From Synechococcales cyanobacterium VAR_4_metabat_354 (GTDB lineage: Bacteria; Cyanobacteriota; Cyanobacteriia; Cyanobacteriales; Chamaesiphonaceae), in NCBI GenBank assembly GCA_031414775.1, contig JANOQI010000034.1:1-61736 (forward strand): 61,736 nt of DNA, given 5' to 3'. How positions within the stretch are numbered: the first letter of the stretch is position 1; each line of letters begins with the position of its first letter. Both the position numbers and the translations under genes were made by a program. The notes below the pieces were generated by a model, which ran no database searches, was not told the DNA's origin, and saw nothing but the letters and a program-made list of their open reading frames with translations. Positions 60,536 to 61,736 of the stretch are shown piece after piece.

Positions 60536-61270
60536 ATGTTTACTATCCGCTGTCTCGATCGACAATTCACCAACATTCACGCCGTAATTTTTGATAAAGA
60601 CGGTACCTTGGAAAACTCTAGCGATTATCTCTATCAGCTGGCTCAACAGCGAGCCACAGCAGTTGATCAGCAGATCCCCGGCATCGGCGAATTCTTACTC
60701 TCAGCCTATGGAGTTAAGAATCGTCAATTGGATACTGCTGGCTTAATGTGTGTGGGTAGTCGCAATGAAAATGCCGTAGCGGCAGCTGTATATATTGCGG
60801 CTACTGGGCGGGGCTGGATTGAGGCGAAAAATATGGTCGATCGAGCATTTACCGAGGCCGATAGAATGGTGCCCAATGATTTGCCAGGCCAGATGTTACC
60901 AGGTAGTCCGGAATTGATCGATCGATTGTTTCAAGCTGGCTTGCCACTAGGGATTCTTTCCAATGCACCGAGCGCAGATGTGCGCAACTTCGTGCAGCAC
61001 CATCAGCTTCAGCCCTATTTAAAATTACAAATGGGTGCTGATGGCGCGATCACTAAACCCAATCCCATTTTGTTTTTGCAAGCCTGTGAACAGATGGGCG
61101 TAGAGCCAGTCCGCACTTTAATGATTGGGGACTCCGCTGGCGATATTGAAATGGCTCAGCGAGCAGGTGCGGCTGGCTGTATTGCGATCGATTGGGGAAT
61201 TGCTGCTCCGCATTTAGCTGGTGCTGATGTGGTTATTAGTGACTTACAAGTTATTCAGCTGATGGGGTGA
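60536..61270 (+). CDS. HAD-family hydrolase
   Basis: FDKDGTL, LSN, KPNP, IGDSAGD. Confidence 0.92.
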   Translation: MFTIRCLDRQFTNIHAVIFDKDGTLENSSDYLYQLAQQRATAVDQQIPGIGEFLLSAYGVKNRQLDTAGLMCVGSRNENAVAAAVYIAATGRGWIEAKNMVDRAFTEADRMVPNDLPGQMLPGSPELIDRLFQAGLPLGILSNAPSADVRNFVQHHQLQPYLKLQMGADGAITKPNPILFLQACEQMGVEPVRTLMIGDSAGDIEMAQRAGAAGCIAIDWGIAAPHLAGADVVISDLQVIQLMG

Positions 61271-61305
61271 GTCAGGGCAAATTCAAGACCAAAATAATAG
61301 GAACT

Positions 61306-61422
61306 CTATTGATCGCAATTAGTTAGTTGACGGTATGGGGAGTGAATCAAGCAATATTCACAAGTCCCTGCTGCTCGTTGACCGACTAACTGGCGTAGTG
61401 CTGCTGGAATGTAAGTAGTCAT
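61306..61422 (-). pseudogene. Truncated HNH endonuclease (N-terminal zinc-knuckle fragment only)
   Basis: Hand translation MTTYIPAALRQLVGQRAAGTCEYCLIHSPYRQLTNCDQ*; lacks the DHI..GG core. Confidence 0.7.
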
Positions 61423-61596
61423 GAATAATTTGAGGGAGTAGCCCGCAGTGCGGCGTAAGCTCTAATTTTGAGGAAACCTATGAGGGTATCAAGTTGTTCA
61501 TATAAGTCGATTTCTGCTTTTTCTGTGGCCGTTAAGGCCACTTCTTGGTTTCTTTCTAGTAGGGTTTGTAAGCGAGACTGTGATACTTCAGATACT
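61419..61596 (-). pseudogene. 3' part of a small helical protein gene, frameshifted and cut by the IS insertion
   Basis: VSEVSQSRLQTLLERNQEVALTATEK then a frame change to DLYEQLDTLIGFLKIRAYAALRATPSNYS*; its TGA overlaps the HNH ATG (ATGA). Confidence 0.65.
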
Positions 61597-61736
61597 GTGA
61601 ACTACTACCCGCCGCTTACGCTGAGCGGGTAGCTTCCAGCTTAGCGGGGAACAGCATCCGATAAGACCGAAATCTTACCACCACGACTTACATTCCCTCC
61701 ACTGGCAGCAGCACTAGTTCCTAATGCCAAGAACCG
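61597..61736 (-). mobile_element. Right end of an IS200/IS605-family (tnpB) element, truncated by the window edge
   Basis: Minus strand reads GAAGCTACCCGC-tcagcgtaagcg-GCGGGTAGTAGTTCAC: subterminal hairpin plus TCAC terminus. Confidence 0.8.
61641..61736 (-). CDS. tnpB: C-terminal tail of RNA-guided nuclease TnpB (partial)
   Basis: RFLALGTSAAASGGNVSRGGKISVLSDAVPR* resembles the post-RuvC-III tail of cyanobacterial TnpBs and directly precedes the right-end hairpin; catalytic residues lie outside the window. Confidence 0.7.
   Translation of the reverse strand, partial: RFLALGTSAAASGGNVSRGGKISVLSDAVPR

Noticed and set aside
61318..61340. TTAGTTGACGGTATG resembling an IS4-type terminal repeat at the HNH truncation point
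   Set aside because: Single imperfect end with no partner repeat or target duplication.
1..61736. CRISPR arrays, tRNA/rRNA genes, prophage or integrase genes
   Set aside because: No regularly spaced repeats, cloverleaf/rRNA signatures or phage/integrase ORFs seen by eye; tRNAscan and Rfam were not run.

Overview
Cyanobacterial chromosomal window (psbO, ndhCKJ, an NtcA box, dense CGATCG/HIP1-type sites). It is mostly housekeeping: NDH-1 subunits, psbO, spp, tkt, cobN, gpmI-secG, dprA, rnz, wecB, ppk1, trmFO, HtrA, a MacAB-type exporter, and a urea cluster (ureABC convergent with NtcA-controlled urtABCDE, plus ureG and ureF). The best candidate for an uncharacterised system is a tight minus-strand operon encoding a divergent HisD paralogue, an APH/choline-kinase-fold phosphotransferase, a HAD phosphatase and a SirB1-like protein (8295-12592), with a divergent HisC-like aminotransferase 7.5 kb upstream. 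These may form a parallel 'late histidine-like' pathway with a different substrate. Other points: a signal-peptide-less GH84 (O-GlcNAcase-like) gene and a 173-bp MITE (14-bp TIRs, 5-bp TSD) between ureF and ureG; the 3' end and right end of an IS200/IS605 tnpB element inserted in a decayed small-gene/HNH pair at the window end; an IS630 remnant beside a C-terminally truncated peroxiredoxin; and frequent TCGATCGA alongside GCGATCGC. All calls come from reading motifs by eye; no database search was run.
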